NCBI GenBank assembly: GCA_963748015.1
Contig: CAVVHE010000004.1
Location: 1,376,001 to 1,440,000 of the forward strand
Length of the DNA: 64,000 nucleotides
Reading direction: 5' to 3'
Origin: Terriglobia bacterium
GTDB lineage: Bacteria; Acidobacteriota; Polarisedimenticolia; Polarisedimenticolales; JAIQFR01
Position 1 is the first letter of the stretch; each line of letters begins with the position of its first letter. The notes under the pieces were generated by a model. It made no database searches and had not been told where the DNA came from. It saw nothing but the letters and a program-made list of their open reading frames with translations. Positions 41,078-51,382 of this stretch are shown in pieces. The position numbers and the translations under genes are program-made.

Positions 41078-42421
41078 ATGACCGTGATGTCGAGGGCAAC
41101 CGAGATTCCCCAGCTGGTCCGGCGTCTCGGCAGCCGGCGGGAATCCGTAGTGGACGCGGCGAAGGCGCGGCTCTGCTTCAAGGGACCGCGCGCCGTCGAC
41201 GCGCTGATCGACGCGCTCGACGCGGACAACCCTAGGATCCGAGCGCACGCGATGCACCTTCTCGCCCTGATCCAGGACCCGAGGAGCCGGGAGCCGCTCA
41301 CCGCGATGCTCCTCGACCGGGACCCGAAGATCCGAGAGATCGCCGCGCGCTCCCTCGCGAGATGCCCGTCGTCCGCCGTGGTGGCCGCCCTCGAGAGATC
41401 CATGAAGAAGGAGAAGCACCTCGAGGTGCGCATCGCCGCCGCCCAGGCGCTGCTCGAGCAGTACGCGGCCGGCCAGGAACGCGCCATCGGCCAGGTGCTC
41501 GCGCTGCTGGTCGATGCCGCCGAGGAGCCTCGCGTCCGGCTCGCGGCGTTCGCGCTGCTCCCCATGCTCCGGGCATCCGCCCGGAGGGGGCTCTTGAAGC
41601 GCCTCGCGCAGGACCCCGTGCCCGCCGTGGCGCAGAAGGCAAGGGAGATCGACGCGGAGGGGCTTCCGCAGGTTCCGAAGGAAGCCGCCGCGATTCGCGG
41701 CCTTGTCGCGAGCCTGGGGTCGAACGACTACTCGGTCTGGAACCAGGCCGTCTTCCGCATCGCGGCCTGCGGCTCGCCCGCGGTGGACCCGCTCGTGGCG
41801 GAGATGGAGCGGCGGGCCCACGATCCGGAGTTCGGCGCGCGCGCCTCTATGGCCCTGAAGGCGCTCGGCCCTCGCTGCGCGCGGGCGCTCTCCGAGGCCC
41901 TCGACCGCGTCCAGGAACCCCTTCCCCTCCAGGTGCTCGTCGAGGTGGTGGGAGCGCTCGGCGAGAAGGCGCTGATCTACCGTCTCAAGGACCTCATCGA
42001 GCGGATCGCCGCGGGGGCGCGGAAGGAGGCGCACGCCAACGGCTTCGATCCGATCCAGCGCGTCCGCGCGAAGGCGCACCTCGAGCTGGCCCGCATCGGC
42101 AGCCGCGTCGCCGCAGGAGATTTGAGGACGATCCTGAGGGACTCGGGCCGGCGGCTCACCCTCGAGGTCCTCGCCGCCGCGGAGCGGATCGGCACGCGAA
42201 GCGAGATCCCCGATCTCCTCCGGGCGTACGCGAGGGAAGACCGATTCACGCGCGAGCGAGTGGCTCGCGCGCTGCGCGCGATCGTGAAGCGCGAGCGAAT
42301 ACGGCGTCACAACGCGATGTTCCGGTCGTTGACCGGGGAACAGCGCCGGGCCATGGACGCGATCTTCTCGCCGCCGGCACGGGGTCCGAGGGCGGTGCGG
42401 AGGACGGCGGCCCGGCGCTAG
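41078..42421 (+). CDS. HEAT/PBS-lyase repeat protein
   Basis: Repeated D.DPKIREIAARSL / EPRVRLAA / TRERVARAL helical pairs. Confidence 0.75.
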   Translation: MTVMSRATEIPQLVRRLGSRRESVVDAAKARLCFKGPRAVDALIDALDADNPRIRAHAMHLLALIQDPRSREPLTAMLLDRDPKIREIAARSLARCPSSAVVAALERSMKKEKHLEVRIAAAQALLEQYAAGQERAIGQVLALLVDAAEEPRVRLAAFALLPMLRASARRGLLKRLAQDPVPAVAQKAREIDAEGLPQVPKEAAAIRGLVASLGSNDYSVWNQAVFRIAACGSPAVDPLVAEMERRAHDPEFGARASMALKALGPRCARALSEALDRVQEPLPLQVLVEVVGALGEKALIYRLKDLIERIAAGARKEAHANGFDPIQRVRAKAHLELARIGSRVAAGDLRTILRDSGRRLTLEVLAAAERIGTRSEIPDLLRAYAREDRFTRERVARALRAIVKRERIRRHNAMFRSLTGEQRRAMDAIFSPPARGPRAVRRTAARR

Positions 42422-42437
42422 GAGAAGGAGGCTCGAC

Positions 42438-43628
42438 ATGCCGAGGAAGCTGAGCGTCCGGGGGCTCCGGATCGATAGGGGTCAGAGGGTGTTCTGCCGC
42501 GTGGACTACAACGTCCCGATAAAGAACGGAAAAGTGGACGACGACTCGCGAATCGCCGCGTCGCTCCCCACGCTCAAGCTCCTATCCGAGAAGGGAGCGC
42601 GCACCGTCCTGGCGTCGCACCTCGGCCGACCGAAAGGGAAGGCGAGCGCCGAGTTCTCCCTGAAGCCCGTGGCCGAGCACCTCGCCGCCCTCCTCGGGAA
42701 GCCGGTGGCCTTCTCCGAGACGTGCGTCGGCGAGGCGGCCGAGAAGGCGTCGCGGGAGCTCGAGCCGGGCGGATTCCTCGTGATCGAGAACGTCAGGTTC
42801 CACAAGGAGGAGGAGGCCAACGACGCCGGGTTCTCCGCGTCCCTCGCCCGCCTCGGCGACCTTTACGTGAACGACGCGTTCGGGTCCGCCCACCGCGCCC
42901 ACGCGTCCACCGCCGGCGTCGCGGCGCTGCTCAAGCCCGCCGCAGCGGGGCTTCTGATGGAGGCGGAGCTCGAGCACCTCGGCCGTCTCCTCGAGCACCC
43001 CGAGTCCCCGTTCGTGGCGATACTCGGCGGGGCCAAGGTCACCGACAAGATCGAGCTGATCGAGAACCTCATGCCGCGAGTGGACCTGTTCCTCGTCGGC
43101 GGCGCGATGGCCTACACCTTCCTCAAGGCGTTCATGAAGCCGACCGGGCTCTCGCCGATCGAGGAGGACCGCACGACCCTCGCCAAGGCGCTCGTGCAGA
43201 AGGCGCGGACCGCGGGCAAGGACTTCCTCTTTCCCGTGGACCACGTGGTCACCGTCGGCGGCAAGGACGACGTCCACCACGTCACCGCGGGTGTCGACAT
43301 CGTGGACGACGAGGCGGGGGTGGACATCGGGCCCAAGACCGCGGAGCTGTTCGCCGCGCGGATCGCGGGGGCTCGTACGGTGCTCTGGAACGGCCCCCTG
43401 GGCAAGTTCGAGACCGAGGCGTTCTCGCACGGGACGCGCAAGGTAGCCGAGGCGCTGGCGACCTCCGCGGCGGTGTCCGTGGTGGGCGGCGGCGACACCG
43501 CATCGGCGGTGAAGAAGTTCGGACTCACCGCGCGCATGACGCACGTTTCGACGGGAGGCGGCGCGTCGCTCGAGTTCCTCTCGGGTCTCCCGCTTCCGGG
43601 CGTCGAGGCGCTGGACGACGCCTCATGA
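42438..43628 (+). CDS. pgk: Phosphoglycerate kinase
   Basis: RVDYNVP, SHLGRP, HRAHAS, GGAKV, GGGDT, STGGGASLE. Confidence 0.97.
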   Translation: MPRKLSVRGLRIDRGQRVFCRVDYNVPIKNGKVDDDSRIAASLPTLKLLSEKGARTVLASHLGRPKGKASAEFSLKPVAEHLAALLGKPVAFSETCVGEAAEKASRELEPGGFLVIENVRFHKEEEANDAGFSASLARLGDLYVNDAFGSAHRAHASTAGVAALLKPAAAGLLMEAELEHLGRLLEHPESPFVAILGGAKVTDKIELIENLMPRVDLFLVGGAMAYTFLKAFMKPTGLSPIEEDRTTLAKALVQKARTAGKDFLFPVDHVVTVGGKDDVHHVTAGVDIVDDEAGVDIGPKTAELFAARIAGARTVLWNGPLGKFETEAFSHGTRKVAEALATSAAVSVVGGGDTASAVKKFGLTARMTHVSTGGGASLEFLSGLPLPGVEALDDAS

Positions 43629-44395
43629 CGTCTCCCGCGCGCAGGCCGCTCGTCGCCGGCAACTGGAAGATGAACCTCAGCGAGGCGTGGGCGGTCGCCC
43701 TCGTGGACGATCTCCTTCCGAGGGTCGCCTCGTTGCGGAGCGTCGAGATCGTCGTCGCGCCGGCGTTCCCCTGCCTCCGGGCGGTCGCCGACCGGCTCGC
43801 GGGCAGCGCGGTGCTGCTCGGCGCCCAGAACGTCCACTGGGAGGAGAAGGGCGCGTTCACCGGCGAGGTCTCCCCCCGCATGCTCGCCGAGATGGGGGTG
43901 CGCTTCGTCATCGTGGGCCACTCGGAGCGCCGGGTCCATTTCGGCGAGACCGACGAGAGGGTCGAGCGGAAGGTCGCGGCCGTGAGGCGGCACGGCCTCG
44001 TTCCGATCCTCTGCGTGGGTGAACAGGAAAAGGAGCGCGACGAGGGGCGCACCCTCGCGGTCGTCGAGCGCCAGCTTCGCATCGGCCTCGGCAGGCTCGA
44101 GGTCAAGGACGGCTCCGAGATCGTGATCGCCTACGAGCCGGTCTGGGCGATCGGCACCGGCCGCAGCGCGACCCCCGAGCAGGCCCAGGAAGTCCACCGG
44201 ATGATCCGGGAGCAGCTCGCCGGGATGTTCCCTGGCGGCTCGGCCTCGCGGATCCGCATCCTCTATGGTGGCTCCGCCACCGTGGAAACCGCCCCGGTAC
44301 TCCTGCGCCTCCCGGAAGTGGACGGCGCACTCGTCGGCGGGGCCTCGCTCGACGCCGCTGCCTTTGCGGCGATCGCCGCCATCGCCGGCGCCTGA
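43625..44395 (+). CDS. tpiA: Triosephosphate isomerase
   Basis: AGNWKMN, GHSERR, AYEPVWAIGTG, YGGS, VGGASL. Confidence 0.97.
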   Translation: MTSPARRPLVAGNWKMNLSEAWAVALVDDLLPRVASLRSVEIVVAPAFPCLRAVADRLAGSAVLLGAQNVHWEEKGAFTGEVSPRMLAEMGVRFVIVGHSERRVHFGETDERVERKVAAVRRHGLVPILCVGEQEKERDEGRTLAVVERQLRIGLGRLEVKDGSEIVIAYEPVWAIGTGRSATPEQAQEVHRMIREQLAGMFPGGSASRIRILYGGSATVETAPVLLRLPEVDGALVGGASLDAAAFAAIAAIAGA

Positions 44396-44477
44396 GGTCC
44401 CCCGTTTCTTGCGACCCCCGCCGGGGGCGTGCTAGACTTCGCGGGTTGCGGGAAACGCTTGTCCTGGTGAGGTTTGC

Positions 44478-44846
44478 ATGACGTACCTGCTGATCCTGGT
44501 CCACATCGTCGTCTCGGTGATCCTGATCCTCGTGGTGCTGCTCCAGACCGGAAAGCGAGCGGACCTGGCCGGTGCCTTCGGGGGCGGCGGCAGCCAGACG
44601 GTGTTCGGTGCTCGCGGCGCGGCGACGTTCCTCTCGAAAGCGACGACGATCAGCGCGGTCATTTTCATGTTCACCTCGCTGACCCTCTCGCTGATGTCGT
44701 CCCCGACGGGGAGCCAGGGGAAATCCGTGCTCCCCCAGGACGCTCCGGCGCAGACCGCACCGGCGCAGCCCGGACCGGCGAAGAGCGCACCGGCGCCGTC
44801 CGCTCCGGCGAGCAACGTGCCCGCGACGCCTGCTCCGTCCAAGTAG
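44478..44846 (+). CDS. secG: Preprotein translocase subunit SecG
   Basis: VLLQ.GK..DLAGAFGGGGSQ..FG; position after tpiA. Confidence 0.95.
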   Translation: MTYLLILVHIVVSVILILVVLLQTGKRADLAGAFGGGGSQTVFGARGAATFLSKATTISAVIFMFTSLTLSLMSSPTGSQGKSVLPQDAPAQTAPAQPGPAKSAPAPSAPASNVPATPAPSK

Positions 44847-44852
44847 GAACGC

Positions 44853-44881
44853 TCGACGCTGGGCCACGGCCTGCGTATAAT
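44853..44881 (+). promoter_or_regulatory. Sigma-70-type promoter for tRNA-Leu
   Basis: TCGACG-17 bp-TATAAT ending 36 bp before the tRNA. Confidence 0.6.
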
Positions 44882-44917
44882 TCGTTTCGCTGCTAGTCCG
44901 AGAACGCTCGTCCGTTT

Positions 44918-45002
44918 GCCGAAGTGGTGAAATTGGTAGACACACCATCTTGAGGGGGTGGCGCCGCGAGGCGTGGGGGTTCGAATCCCCCCTTCGGCAC
45001 CA
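44918..45002 (+). tRNA. tRNA-Leu (GAG)
   Basis: GCCGAAG...CTTCGGCACCA, TTGAGGG anticodon loop, variable arm; typical secG-leu linkage. Confidence 0.97.
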
Positions 45003-45115
45003 AGTCCGGATCGAGCGCCCGGTACCCGCGGTTCGAGAGAAGCCCGCCGTCTCATGGCGGGCTTCGGCGTCTCCGGAGGCCGGAGCGCCCTCGTTTGGCG
45101 CCGAGCGCCGCGCCC

Positions 45116-45445
45116 CTACACCGCCGCCCGCAGCTTCTTCCGGCGCCACGCCTGGTAGTGCTTGGAGCACAGTCCCTGCGCCACGTGGGGAAGTCCGCAT
45201 CCCGGAGTCTTGCAGCGCCGGTTCGATCGCGGCCTGCCGACGCGGCGCGCGCCGGGCCTTCCCGCCCCGGTGACGGCACGGCGCGAGAGACGGTTCAGCT
45301 GACGCTCGACCTGGCGCAACTGCTCTCGATCGGGGAGCTGCCGCCCTACCTCGCTCACCACCTTGCGCGCGATCGCCTCGACCAACTGCCTGAGCGCCGC
45401 GCTCAACGTGGACGCCCGGACCGCCTGCTTGCGCTTCCGTGCCAT
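45116..45445 (-). CDS. Small basic putative DNA-binding protein with GRP (AT-hook-like) and C-x4-C...GLCxxHY motifs
   Basis: GRPGARRVGRPRS followed by CKTPGC...GLCSKHYQ. Confidence 0.65.
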   Translation of the reverse strand: MARKRKQAVRASTLSAALRQLVEAIARKVVSEVGRQLPDREQLRQVERQLNRLSRRAVTGAGRPGARRVGRPRSNRRCKTPGCGLPHVAQGLCSKHYQAWRRKKLRAAV

Positions 45446-45581
45446 GCGCTCTCCCTTCCGCTTCCCGATAGGCCCCCCCGACCGTTCGAGGATCGATGAC
45501 AAGGAGCGACGATGGGGTGATCTTAGCGGGTAGCGGCGGCGGGTGTAAAGCATTATCGGGCAGGAGGTGTCGTGACTCGAG

Positions 45582-46079
45582 TCACCAGTCCTTGTAAAGG
45601 GTGCCGTCGAGGGCGACCCCGTCGGACAGGCTGTAGACGTCGTAGATGTTCTCGCTCCCCCACGAGTCGCTGTCCCAGTCGTCCTGGTACGAGCGCAGCC
45701 CCCACTCGGCTTCTCCCGTCATCGGGTCGGGGGGGATCCTCGGCAGGAACTTGAGCTTCTTCGCGTTCGGCGAGGTCGGATCCGCCACCTCGACGCCGTC
45801 CACGAGCTCGTCGAGGCTCATGGGATAGAACATCTGGCTGACGTCCTTCTGCGCGATCAGCCCGGCCTCGGAGTACTTGTGGTACTGGTCGATCGCGCCG
45901 CGGAGTATCTTGAGCGTCCCGCGCAGGTGCTCTTCCCGCTGCCGCTTCTCGTTCCAGCGCGCGAGCGGGATCGCGGCCGCGGCGATCACCAGCAGGACCG
46001 ACACCGCCACCAGCAACTCGATGTAGGTGAGTCCCCGCGACCGGCGCCCGCCATCCAACTCTCCCGCCCGTCTCGACAC
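45582..46079 (-). CDS. Type II secretion pseudopilin (GspG-like)
   Basis: Prepilin site G/LTYIELLV; RIPPDPMTG; DVYS. Confidence 0.88.
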   Translation of the reverse strand: MSRRAGELDGGRRSRGLTYIELLVAVSVLLVIAAAAIPLARWNEKRQREEHLRGTLKILRGAIDQYHKYSEAGLIAQKDVSQMFYPMSLDELVDGVEVADPTSPNAKKLKFLPRIPPDPMTGEAEWGLRSYQDDWDSDSWGSENIYDVYSLSDGVALDGTLYKDW

Positions 46080-46306
46080 GTCGCTTCCTCGCCCCTCCCG
46101 GGACCCGGTCTAAGGTACGGACCCGCGTCCCCTGGCGTCTAGTGTCCCGACTCGGAAGTTCCTTGCCTAATCCGCCGAGCCATGGGCGGTCCCGGCAAGG
46201 AGGGCCGACGAAGGAATACCGGGAGTATTTCGAGGAGGCCCGACGCAGCCGGGGCCGGCCAGGGCCGGCGGAATAGGTGAGGAACTTCCGTGTCGGGACA
46301 CTAGGT

Positions 46307-48673
46307 CTATTTGCGCCGAAAGATGCGCCGGAGCCAGCCGCCGAGCCCCTTCGCGTGGAGGGCGCAGCCGTCCACGGGCTCGGTGCCCGCGGCGAACACC
46401 TCCTCGACCCTCGCGGGACACCCCGCGACGGCGAGCCCGCCGCTCTCCGGATCCACGACCGCCCGGACGATCCCCTCCGGCTCCGGGAACGGCGCGTCGG
46501 TGAACCGCCCCGCCCGCCGCAGCAGATCCACCCAGATCGGAAGGGCGCCGGACGCCCCGGTCAGTCCGGTCCGCGCGTTGTCGTCGTAACCGACCCAGAC
46601 CAGCGCGAGGAGATCGGGGGTGTACCCCACGAACCAGGCGTCTCGGGTGTCGTCGGTCGTGCCCGTCTTCCCGGCCGCATTCCCCCGCAAGCCGAGGGCG
46701 GCCGAGGACGCGGCCGTTCCTCGCGAGAGCACGCCGCGCAGCACGTCGGTCACCAGCCACGCCGCCTGCGGGGTCACCACCTGCACCGGGTCCTTGCCCT
46801 TTCGCGAGAGCGGCTCCCCTTCCCTCGAGGTCACCTGCCGCACGATGGCGGGATCCGAGCGCTTCCCCTCGCTCGCGAGGACGCCGAACGCGGCGGCGAG
46901 GTCGAGGGGGGTGATCTCCTGCGCTCCCAGCGCCAGCGAAGGATACGGCTCCAGGTTTCCCAGGCCGCAGCGAGCCGCGATCCTCACCACTTCCTTGAGG
47001 CCCACGCGCATCGCGGCGCGCGCCGTCGGGACGTTGAGCGACTGCTCGAGCGCCTGGCGCGCCGTGACCGGGCCGCGGAACTCGCCGTCGTAGTTCAATG
47101 GACGCCACGTGCGGCCGCCCGACGGGATCTCGAGAGGGCTGTCGTCGAGGATCGTCGCCGCGGTCAGGCCGCCTTCCCGCCCGCGAATCGCGCTCTCGAA
47201 TCCCGCGAGGTAGACGAACGGCTTGAAGCACGAGCCCGCCTGCCGCCGCGCCTGGACCGCGCGGTTGAACTGGCTTCCCGCGTAGTCCCTCCCGCCGACC
47301 AGCGCGAGCACGGCGCCGGTCGAGGGGCGGAGGACGAGGGCGCACCCCTCGAGCTTCCGCCCGCCGTCCTTCGCGGCGCCCCGCCGCTCCTTGTCCAGCC
47401 GCTCGAGCCCGGCGCGCAACGCTTCCTGGGCGGCCTCCTGCAGGGTCGTGTCCAGGGTCGTGTAGATTCGAAGTCCCTCCCTGGCCAGCTGCGTGGGCGT
47501 ATACAGGTCCGCCAGCTGGGAACGGACGAGATCCACGACGTAGGGGGCGCGCGAGTATCCCTGCTTGCCGCTCGCGAGACGAGGGCGCTCCGAGCGCGCG
47601 GCCTCCGCCTCGGCCTCGCGTATCCGTCGATCGTCGAGCATCGACCGGAGGACCTGGTCGCGCCGGCCGATCGCCTGCTCCAGGTGGCTGAACGGGTTGT
47701 ACCCTCCCGGATTGCGGACGAGCCCCGCGAGGAGCGCGCAGTCGCCGAGCGTGAGGTCCGCGAGGTCCTTGCCGAAGTAGAAGCGCGCCGCGGACGCGAA
47801 CCCGCAGACCGCCACGGAGCCCCGCTGCCCGAGATAGACCTCGTTCAGGTAGACCTCGAGGATCCGGTCCTTCGAGTACCTGGCGTCCATTACGACCGCG
47901 AGCAGGGCCTCGCGGAACTTCCTCCACCACGTGCGCTCCTGGCCGAGGTATAGGTTCTTCACGGTCTGCTGCGTGATCGTGCTCCCGCCCTGCACGATGC
48001 GCGCGCTTCGGACGTCCGCGAACAGCGCGCGCAGGATCGCGATCGGGTCCACTCCGGGATGCGAGTAGAAGCGCGAGTCCTCGGCCGCGAGGACGGCATC
48101 CACCAGGCGCTTGGGGACGTCCTCCAGCCGGACGACCTCGCGCTCCTCCTGCTGGGGTCCGGAGAGGAGTGCCAAGAGCTCGGGCTCGAGCTCGAGGCGG
48201 GGAATCGCCCGTCCGCCGACCCCTTCGATGGACTGCACGCTCCCGCCGTCGAAGCGGACGGTCACGCGTCGCGCCGCCGCGGGAGTCGCGGTGCCGGAGG
48301 ACGTGCGGAGGTGCACCTCGATGCGGTCGCCCCGGCGGCGGTACTGCCCCGGGCTCGACGGAGATCCGTCGACGCGGACGAAGCCGGAGCGGTCGAGCCG
48401 CCGGGCGATCGCGGGCGGCGTCGCGATCGAGCCCGGGACGAGCACGAGACCGTCGGAGTAGACGCGCGACGGAAAGTCCCAGAGGCGGCCTTCGAACCTC
48501 CGGCCGACCTCCACCCACAGGTAAAGCCACCCGGCGGAGAAGACGACCAGGAGCACGAAGGCAAGCGCGGCCGTGCGCTTGAGGGCCCGTCCGCGAGGCG
48601 ACCGTTTGCGCCGGCCGCCCTCCGCGCGGGACCGCTTGCGGCCGCTGTGCGGACGCGGGTCAGGGCGTTTCAT
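46307..48673 (-). CDS. mrcB: Penicillin-binding protein 1B (UB2H, transglycosylase, transpeptidase)
   Basis: AEDSRFYSH, QGGSTITQQ, GSCFK, SLN, KTG. Confidence 0.92.
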   Translation of the reverse strand: MKRPDPRPHSGRKRSRAEGGRRKRSPRGRALKRTAALAFVLLVVFSAGWLYLWVEVGRRFEGRLWDFPSRVYSDGLVLVPGSIATPPAIARRLDRSGFVRVDGSPSSPGQYRRRGDRIEVHLRTSSGTATPAAARRVTVRFDGGSVQSIEGVGGRAIPRLELEPELLALLSGPQQEEREVVRLEDVPKRLVDAVLAAEDSRFYSHPGVDPIAILRALFADVRSARIVQGGSTITQQTVKNLYLGQERTWWRKFREALLAVVMDARYSKDRILEVYLNEVYLGQRGSVAVCGFASAARFYFGKDLADLTLGDCALLAGLVRNPGGYNPFSHLEQAIGRRDQVLRSMLDDRRIREAEAEAARSERPRLASGKQGYSRAPYVVDLVRSQLADLYTPTQLAREGLRIYTTLDTTLQEAAQEALRAGLERLDKERRGAAKDGGRKLEGCALVLRPSTGAVLALVGGRDYAGSQFNRAVQARRQAGSCFKPFVYLAGFESAIRGREGGLTAATILDDSPLEIPSGGRTWRPLNYDGEFRGPVTARQALEQSLNVPTARAAMRVGLKEVVRIAARCGLGNLEPYPSLALGAQEITPLDLAAAFGVLASEGKRSDPAIVRQVTSREGEPLSRKGKDPVQVVTPQAAWLVTDVLRGVLSRGTAASSAALGLRGNAAGKTGTTDDTRDAWFVGYTPDLLALVWVGYDDNARTGLTGASGALPIWVDLLRRAGRFTDAPFPEPEGIVRAVVDPESGGLAVAGCPARVEEVFAAGTEPVDGCALHAKGLGGWLRRIFRRK

Positions 48674-48749
48674 CGCGCGCGCAAGCCCGGGGGAAGCAGG
48701 CGCCACGGGACCGCGGGAGGATTGCCCCGAGCCTCCCGCGCCGGACCGC

Positions 48750-49043
48750 CTACTTCCTCAGGCTCTCCTTGAGGGGCTTGCCCGCCTTGAACGCGGGGGC
48801 GCGGGTAGCGGGAAGCTCGAGCGCCTCGCCGGTGTGGGGATTGCGCCCCGAGCGCGCCTTCCTGGACCGGGCCTCGAAGGTCCCGAAGCCGCTGATGGCG
48901 ACCTTCCCCCCCGCGATCATCTCCGCCGCGATGAGCCCGATCGCGGGGTCCGGATCGAAGAGGGCGTCCACGCAGACCCTCGCGTCGCGGGCCGAAAGGC
49001 CTGTCTTCGCGCTGAGCTTGTCGACGAGCTCGGCTTTGTTCAC
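48750..49043 (-). CDS. hup: HU-family DNA-binding protein
   Basis: MNKAEL, GFGTF, GRNPHTGE, PAFKAGK. Confidence 0.93.
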   Translation of the reverse strand: MNKAELVDKLSAKTGLSARDARVCVDALFDPDPAIGLIAAEMIAGGKVAISGFGTFEARSRKARSGRNPHTGEALELPATRAPAFKAGKPLKESLRK

Positions 49044-49108
49044 GGCGTCCTCCTCTACGGAATCGGCGTCATGGCCTCTTGCACCGATTCTACGACGATT
49101 TCGGCCGC

Positions 49109-49504
49109 CTAGGAAACGAGCTTCATTTCCTTGACGGACGACTGCACGACGAAGATGCGGATGTTGTTGTCCCCTTCGTCGAGCGGGAAGAAGTAGAAGC
49201 CTCGGCCGGTATCGCTGGACTCCCCCAGGAACCCCCAGACGGTCTCGCCGTCGGAGAAGGTCAAGATTGCCTTCTTGCCCGAGCTCTGCGCCTCGGCGAA
49301 CTGTCGCCGGGCGACGAAGTCCCGGTTCCCCATGTAGTCCTTCACGTAGAAGAGCGCCTTCATCTCGTCGACCACGACGCGGCTCGGCACGCCCCCCCCC
49401 TCGGCCGGGAGCAGGTGGAACGTCTCGGTATCGGGGTCGAAGTCGTGCGTGATCCCCTTGTGAATCGCTCCGTCCTTCATGTGGACGACGATCTTGTTCT
49501 CCAT
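49109..49504 (-). CDS. Hypothetical protein with two internal beta-rich repeats
   Basis: KIVVHMKDGAIHKG / KAILTFSDGETVWG; good RBS and host codon usage. Confidence 0.7.
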   Translation of the reverse strand: MENKIVVHMKDGAIHKGITHDFDPDTETFHLLPAEGGGVPSRVVVDEMKALFYVKDYMGNRDFVARRQFAEAQSSGKKAILTFSDGETVWGFLGESSDTGRGFYFFPLDEGDNNIRIFVVQSSVKEMKLVS

Positions 49505-49654
49505 TCGCGCCTCCCCGGATCCGATCCGGCCGCGCGAATCCTACCCCCGGAGTGCCTTTTCGAGCAAATCCCGGAAAGCTCCCCCGCCGGCGGCCCCGTT
49601 TCTTGACCTGCCCGAAACCGGTACCTATGTTTTTGAACCGAGGAGGTACCCGCC

Positions 49655-50287
49655 ATGAACAGCCCCGCCCACGACGGCACCGACGGATCCGCCGAGAGCC
49701 TGGCCATGCCGGTCGCGGAGAGCGCGCCCTGGAGGCACCTGATTTTCCGCCGCAGGCGATTCCTCGTGCACCGCAGGTATCAGTTGCGCGTGACCGCCGT
49801 CACCGTGGGGACGGTGTTCGTGCTCCTCCTCGCGCTGAACTTCACGCTGTTCGCCTCGAATCACAAGAGCACGCAGGCGGCTGTGCAGGTGGCGCCGGAG
49901 CTCAAGTCCTACTTCGCGGCCCAGGACCGGTTCCAGATCGGGTTGACGCTCCTCGGCTCGCTCGCGTTCCTCGCGGGAGTGTTCCTGCTCGGAATCCTGG
50001 AGACCCACCGCACCGCGGGCGCCTCGCTCAACCTCTGCCGGTGCCTCGACCAACTGCGCGACGGGCGGTACAGCGTCCGCGTGAGACTCCGCCGGGGCGA
50101 CAACCTGAAGGAGATCGAGATGGCGTTCAACGAGATGGCCGACGCTCTCCAGGAGAGGTCCCATCGCGATGCCGCCGTTCTCGACGAGTTGTCGGACCGC
50201 ATCGACAAGATCAAGGCTCCGGACGCGGCGGCCCTGGCGTACGAGCTGCGGAAGCTGGCCGAGGAGCAGCGCCTGCTCGCCGGATAG
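49655..50287 (+). CDS. Two-TM HAMP-domain membrane protein
   Basis: Two TMs, THRTAG, LRRGDNLKEI..AFNEM. Confidence 0.78.
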   Translation: MNSPAHDGTDGSAESLAMPVAESAPWRHLIFRRRRFLVHRRYQLRVTAVTVGTVFVLLLALNFTLFASNHKSTQAAVQVAPELKSYFAAQDRFQIGLTLLGSLAFLAGVFLLGILETHRTAGASLNLCRCLDQLRDGRYSVRVRLRRGDNLKEIEMAFNEMADALQERSHRDAAVLDELSDRIDKIKAPDAAALAYELRKLAEEQRLLAG

Positions 50288-50696
50288 CCTCCGCCCAGCC
50301 CGCCGCGTCGGGCACCTCCAGGACGAGCCCCCGGGCGCGGAATCGGGGGTCCGGCGCCCACTCCACGACCAATACTCCTCCCCGCTTGCCCTGCCCTTGC
50401 TCCCGAACCGCCACGATGCTCGCCAGCGCGATCCTCACCTCGCGCCGGGGGAAGAAGCGCTCGAACAACAGCTCCCCGTCGGTGAGCAGGAGCGCCGACG
50501 GGCCGGGTATCGCGGGGGCGTCCAGGAAGCCGCGGAGGAAAGCGCGAGGCTCCGAGCGGAGCGCGGGCCGGCCGGCGGGTGTCACGCCGTCGATCGGCGC
50601 CGCCCCTCCGCGGAGCACGATGCGCAGGGCGACGAGGAAACCCGCCACCATCGCCGCCAGCGGGATCAGCAGGATCAGGAGCGCCGCGAGTCTCAC
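50211..50696 (-). CDS. Membrane-anchored hypothetical protein
   Basis: GTGA-coupled to queC; N-terminal TM then a small beta domain. Confidence 0.55.
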   Translation of the reverse strand: MRLAALLILLIPLAAMVAGFLVALRIVLRGGAAPIDGVTPAGRPALRSEPRAFLRGFLDAPAIPGPSALLLTDGELLFERFFPRREVRIALASIVAVREQGQGKRGGVLVVEWAPDPRFRARGLVLEVPDAAGWAEAIRRAGAAPRPASAARTPGPPRPEP

Positions 50697-51382
50697 GGGC
50701 GCGCTCGGAGCGCGGGGTCCTCGATCCCCGCGTCGCGGAACCCTCTTGCCCTCAGGAGGCACGCATCGCACAGGCCGCACGGGACCTGTCCGGGTGCCGG
50801 GTCGTAACACGACCAGGTGAGGGAGAGATCGACGCGCAGCTCGAGGGCCCGGCGGACGATCTCGCCCTTGGTCAGCCGCATGAGCGGCGCGTGGACGCGG
50901 AACGGCTCCCCCTCGACGCCGGCTCGGGTGGCGACCCGCGCGAGAGCCTCGAAGGCCTCGAGGAAGGCCGGCCGGCAGTCGGGGTAACCGCTGTAATCCA
51001 CGGCATTCGCGCCGATGAAGAGGTCCCTCGCTCCGAGCGCCTCGGCCCAGGCCAGCGCCAGCGAGAGCAGGACCGTGTTCCGCGCGGGAACGTAGGTCGG
51101 CGGGATGCCGGCGCCGATGGTCTCGTCCGTCCGGGACTTGGGAACCGGGATCGATGGATCGGTCAGCGCGGACCCTCCGGCGAACGCGAGGTCCACCGAC
51201 GCCATCCGGTGCGACGCGGCTCCCACGGCGCGCGCGACGGCGGCCGCACGCTCGAGCTCCACCTCGTGGCGCTGGCCGTAACGCACGGTGAGCGCGTGCG
51301 CCTCGAACTCCCGGGCGATCGCCTCGGCGAGGGTCGTCGCGGAGTCCATCCCCCCGGAGAGGAGCACGACGGCCCGGCGCAT
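50693..51382 (-). CDS. queC: 7-cyano-7-deazaguanine synthase
   Basis: LSGGMDS, YGQRH, YVPARN, YPDCR, SCY...CGLCDAC. Confidence 0.96.
   Translation of the reverse strand: MRRAVVLLSGGMDSATTLAEAIAREFEAHALTVRYGQRHEVELERAAAVARAVGAASHRMASVDLAFAGGSALTDPSIPVPKSRTDETIGAGIPPTYVPARNTVLLSLALAWAEALGARDLFIGANAVDYSGYPDCRPAFLEAFEALARVATRAGVEGEPFRVHAPLMRLTKGEIVRRALELRVDLSLTWSCYDPAPGQVPCGLCDACLLRARGFRDAGIEDPALRARP

Noticed and set aside
44918..46160. Integrated element at tRNA-Leu
   Set aside because: No integrase and no duplicated tRNA 3' end seen.
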